Part shown: piece by piece, positions 61,690 to 64,000 of the stretch
Position numbering within the stretch: the stretch's first letter is position 1
Layout of the letters: each line of letters starts with the position of its first letter
Source of the DNA: a virus
Virus record (IMG/VR): IMGVR_UViG_3300031643_000106
Location: 5,868-69,867 of that record
DNA length: 64,000 nucleotides
Strand: one strand, 5' to 3'
Notes under the pieces: model-generated
Told to the model about the DNA's origin: nothing
Seen by the model: the letters and a program-made list of their open reading frames with translations, nothing else
Databases searched by the model: none
Translations under genes and position numbers: made by a program

Positions 61690-62346
61690 TGATAATGTTA
61701 TGTAACCAATAACAGCCGCCACAAGGTATAGACATCGTCTATCACAGCACGCGGCCTGCTTCGCTGTTTAACCTCTAAAACATAAGCGATAAACGAGAAC
61801 ACCGGAAAGCCGAAAAAAGCAGAACCACAATAGCACCACTTTGTCAGTCGTTTATCTATACGGTGAAACGGGGAGAACTGCCGTCTTTATAACCGCCTCA
61901 ACGGACATAAGCAAAAGCCCAAGTGTGCTAAACCCAAGTCGATTGCCTATTCCTTGGCTTGTCACCGCTGGATCGTTGTCCTGTCTGCCACTGGAACTCA
62001 GACGTGTCAACAGGTACGTCTCCTGTATAATACTTCCATACATCCCATATAGCATAACGTTTTTTCTATCTAACCTACGCCCGGTATTGTCTTCGCGGTT
62101 GACCGTGTTATTACGGTACTCACTGTTAGTCAATGCTGTTAAACTAACATTATCGAAGGTCTACCGGCAAGAGGACGCCGTTATGTTAGCGTCAGAAAAT
62201 CATATCCAGCCAAAGGTAACATTGACCGTGTTTTCATGTCATATAAAGTCTACGCTTTACTGACTCTGGAAACCTCTTATGTTACCAGTCAACTGTCAAT
62301 TCATTTCCTACAATGTAAAAGAGCAATCGGCTGTATTCCCGCCGAC
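61690..62346 (-). ncRNA. Long structured non-coding leader/ncRNA candidate with boxA
   Basis: No convincing ORF; many inverted repeats; boxA-like TGCTCTTTTACA at 62314-62325 follows a 5' hairpin. Confidence 0.5.
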
Positions 62347-62352
62347 ACCTGT

Positions 62353-62381
62353 ATTCTACCATACCTCAAAAACATAGTCAA
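62353..62381 (-). promoter_or_regulatory. Early sigma70 promoter (leftward)
   Basis: TTGACT-17-TAGAAT with TGn extension and an A-tract upstream. Confidence 0.75.
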
Positions 62382-62499
62382 GGCTTTTTTGCACAAAAGC
62401 AAACAAATATCATACACAAAACACCGTAAACGTAATAATAGCACCGCTTGGCGCCGACGCCGCCTAGCACAACAAAACACCGCCTAAACATCCCGTACC

Positions 62500-62528
62500 T
62501 TGACACGTACCTCCCGATGTGGTAAAAT
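62500..62528 (+). promoter_or_regulatory. Divergent sigma70 promoter (rightward, towards the terS-like gene)
   Basis: TTGACA-17-TAAAAT with TGn extension. Confidence 0.75.
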
Positions 62529-62616
62529 GTATGCATGAATAAAGGCGAATTTCAACACTGTAAAATGCTAATAAACCGACTGCGTAAACTAGCAAAACAG
62601 GAGCATAATAGAATCT

Positions 62617-63126
62617 ATGGAAGCTATAACAGACCTCGCAAACCCTCCCGAGATACAAGACCTCGATGAATTGACCGCATATTATCCCGATTTAGCAAAT
62701 TTAACGCCGATCCGCAGAAGTATACTTTTCGCTCTGTTGGAGAATACTGTATCAGAAGATAGGAAAACAGAGACAGAAATAGCCCTTGACTTAGGAATAA
62801 ACCGCAGGACTATACTTGACGCCCGGAAAAACCCTGTATTCATAGAGTTATTAGGGCGATTAAGTATTGAAATGGTACGCGCCAATGTCGATAAACCCAT
62901 ACAAAACCTCTTTAGCTTAGGAAAAACCAACGTCAAGGCCAATGAAATCCTCGCCCGCATTGCAGAGGTATACCGCCCGACGCAAAGAATACTATCGCAG
63001 AGCATGAATATCAATGCCAGGACGCAGTACACCGACACTGATGATATGATAAGCGCATTTTTGGCTGAATTAAAGGCGCAGGGGTACACAAAAGAGAGAA
63101 TATCCGCTCTGTATGATGCGCTGTAG
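62617..63126 (+). CDS. Terminase small subunit-like HTH protein
   Basis: TETEIALDLGINRRTI...KNPVF HTH followed by helices; first gene of the + arm. Confidence 0.55.
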   Translation: MEAITDLANPPEIQDLDELTAYYPDLANLTPIRRSILFALLENTVSEDRKTETEIALDLGINRRTILDARKNPVFIELLGRLSIEMVRANVDKPIQNLFSLGKTNVKANEILARIAEVYRPTQRILSQSMNINARTQYTDTDDMISAFLAELKAQGYTKERISALYDAL

Positions 63127-63170
63127 GTAGGATATGCCCCCATAGATTAGGACTACAGGGGCATGTTGGG

Positions 63171-63746
63171 CTAATCGTAGATGCAATCAGAGTAGCAGCC
63201 GCTCCGAGAGCGTGCCTTCCAGATAGATGCTATCCCAACGTTAAACTTTAGGGCTAAACGTTCAGCGTTGACGCGTCCGAGGGTTGGTTGGTAGGATAGA
63301 ATCTCTCTGACTTGGGTTACAGTTAACGACCGGCGTTTACCTCTGCGCTCCCGCCACTGGAAGTCGTCCGGTATCACAAACGGCGTATCGGTCTCAACTG
63401 GCTTCGGGTTCTTTTCACCGTTCCGGATCCGGCGCAGATATGCCTCTGTCATCCCAATTTCCTGCGATAGTTGACGTATAGACTCATTACCCTTGATACG
63501 CTCTATCTGTGCCAGCGTGAGCCGTGTCCTACTTCCGACTTTGTGTTCCTGTCGTTCTCTGCGTAAGTGGCAACGATGACACAGCAGAGCCACATTAGAC
63601 GGCGTGTTGTTATGTGTGTCGCCGTCTGCGTGGTGGCGGTGAGCAGCAGGCCGACCACAGTCAAGGCACGCCACACCGTCCAAGCTATAAAGCCGCTTAG
63701 CTTCCAGCCGTCCAATGTCGTAGTATTGCTTCGTTCTCTTATCCAT
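63171..63746 (-). CDS. HNH endonuclease with C-terminal HTH repeats (homing-endonuclease-like)
   Basis: CLDCG...HRHHADGD.HNN..SNV.LLCHRCH; two LT..Q(I/V) HTH units. Confidence 0.8.
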   Translation of the reverse strand: MDKRTKQYYDIGRLEAKRLYSLDGVACLDCGRPAAHRHHADGDTHNNTPSNVALLCHRCHLRRERQEHKVGSRTRLTLAQIERIKGNESIRQLSQEIGMTEAYLRRIRNGEKNPKPVETDTPFVIPDDFQWRERRGKRRSLTVTQVREILSYQPTLGRVNAERLALKFNVGIASIWKARSRSGCYSDCIYD

Positions 63747-63770
63747 TATATCACCTCCTTCCTATTAGGA

Positions 63771-63799
63771 AGTATACCAGATAAGACGCCCCAAGTCAA
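63771..63799 (-). promoter_or_regulatory. Sigma70 promoter of the HNH gene
   Basis: TTGACT-17-TATACT, then SD AAGGAGGTGA. Confidence 0.7.
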
Positions 63800-64000
63800 G
63801 GGTTGATACGGACGGAATATAATGACAGTTATGCAGAGAAAACTAATTGTTTGTTAGCAGTATATCCCCTATCATAGCACGAAAAAACCTGTAATCGCCG
63901 CTGGTATGGTATGTCTGGCAGCTTGACGTTGACCGGACGCAGTACAGATGACACGCATGGGCACACAGATAAAGAATACGCGTACGAACACCCGCAGACC

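Larger units (their letters stand above)
1..64000. mobile_element. Tailed dsDNA phage genome (most of it), podovirus-like gene order
   Basis: terL-portal-scaffold-capsid order, tail and ejection-like genes on +, dense small-ORF arm on -, and a terS-like gene at the far end consistent with a circular permutation. No host housekeeping genes seen. Confidence 0.93.

Noticed and set aside
63020-63946. 12-bp repeat GGACGCAGTACA on both sides of the HNH gene as a target-site duplication
   Set aside because: The copies lie 140-190 bp from the gene, one inside the terS-like ORF; compatible with chance.
1-64000. Genome-wide TAG reassignment suggested by the amber at 11423
   Set aside because: TAG terminates the portal, capsid and other genes at sensible positions, and long genes are not fragmented.
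1-64000. tRNA or rRNA genes
   Set aside because: No T-loop/cloverleaf or rRNA signature noticed by eye; tRNAscan-SE would be needed to exclude them formally.

Overview
The window holds most of a tailed dsDNA phage genome with podovirus-like organisation. The late arm (+ strand, 1-40.2 kb) runs: terminase large subunit (cut by the window edge), portal, scaffold, major capsid and a decoration-like protein. An 11-kb cluster of glycosyltransferase, methyltransferase and radical-SAM genes follows almost directly after the capsid genes. Next come adaptor/nozzle-like and ejection-like proteins, and a diversity-generating retroelement (DGR). The DGR has a 108-bp VR/TR pair with 17 mismatches, all at TR adenines, a YCDD reverse transcriptase, no recognisable avd, and a tailspike/lectin-like target with an apparent signal peptide. 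The early/middle arm (- strand, 40.4-62.3 kb) carries many small ORFs, a DNA methyltransferase, a subtilase and PD-(D/E)XK nucleases. A small-terminase-like gene and an HNH gene close the window. Most notable observations: (1) four copies of a sequence-divergent but fully covarying pseudoknot RNA leader next to the Shine-Dalgarno site, each heading a cassette with a paralogous winged-helix protein followed by its own short repeats; (2) a dispersed phage-encoded NDP-heptose pathway (HldA, two GmhB, HldC-cupin) plus a tandem GT9 heptosyltransferase-like gene next to the capsid gene; (3) a ~650-nt structured, apparently non-coding early leader with a boxA; (4) a variant type II hammerhead-like RNA. 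I recognised no integrase, polymerase, helicase, tRNA or CRISPR array. All calls come from reading motifs by eye; no database search was run.
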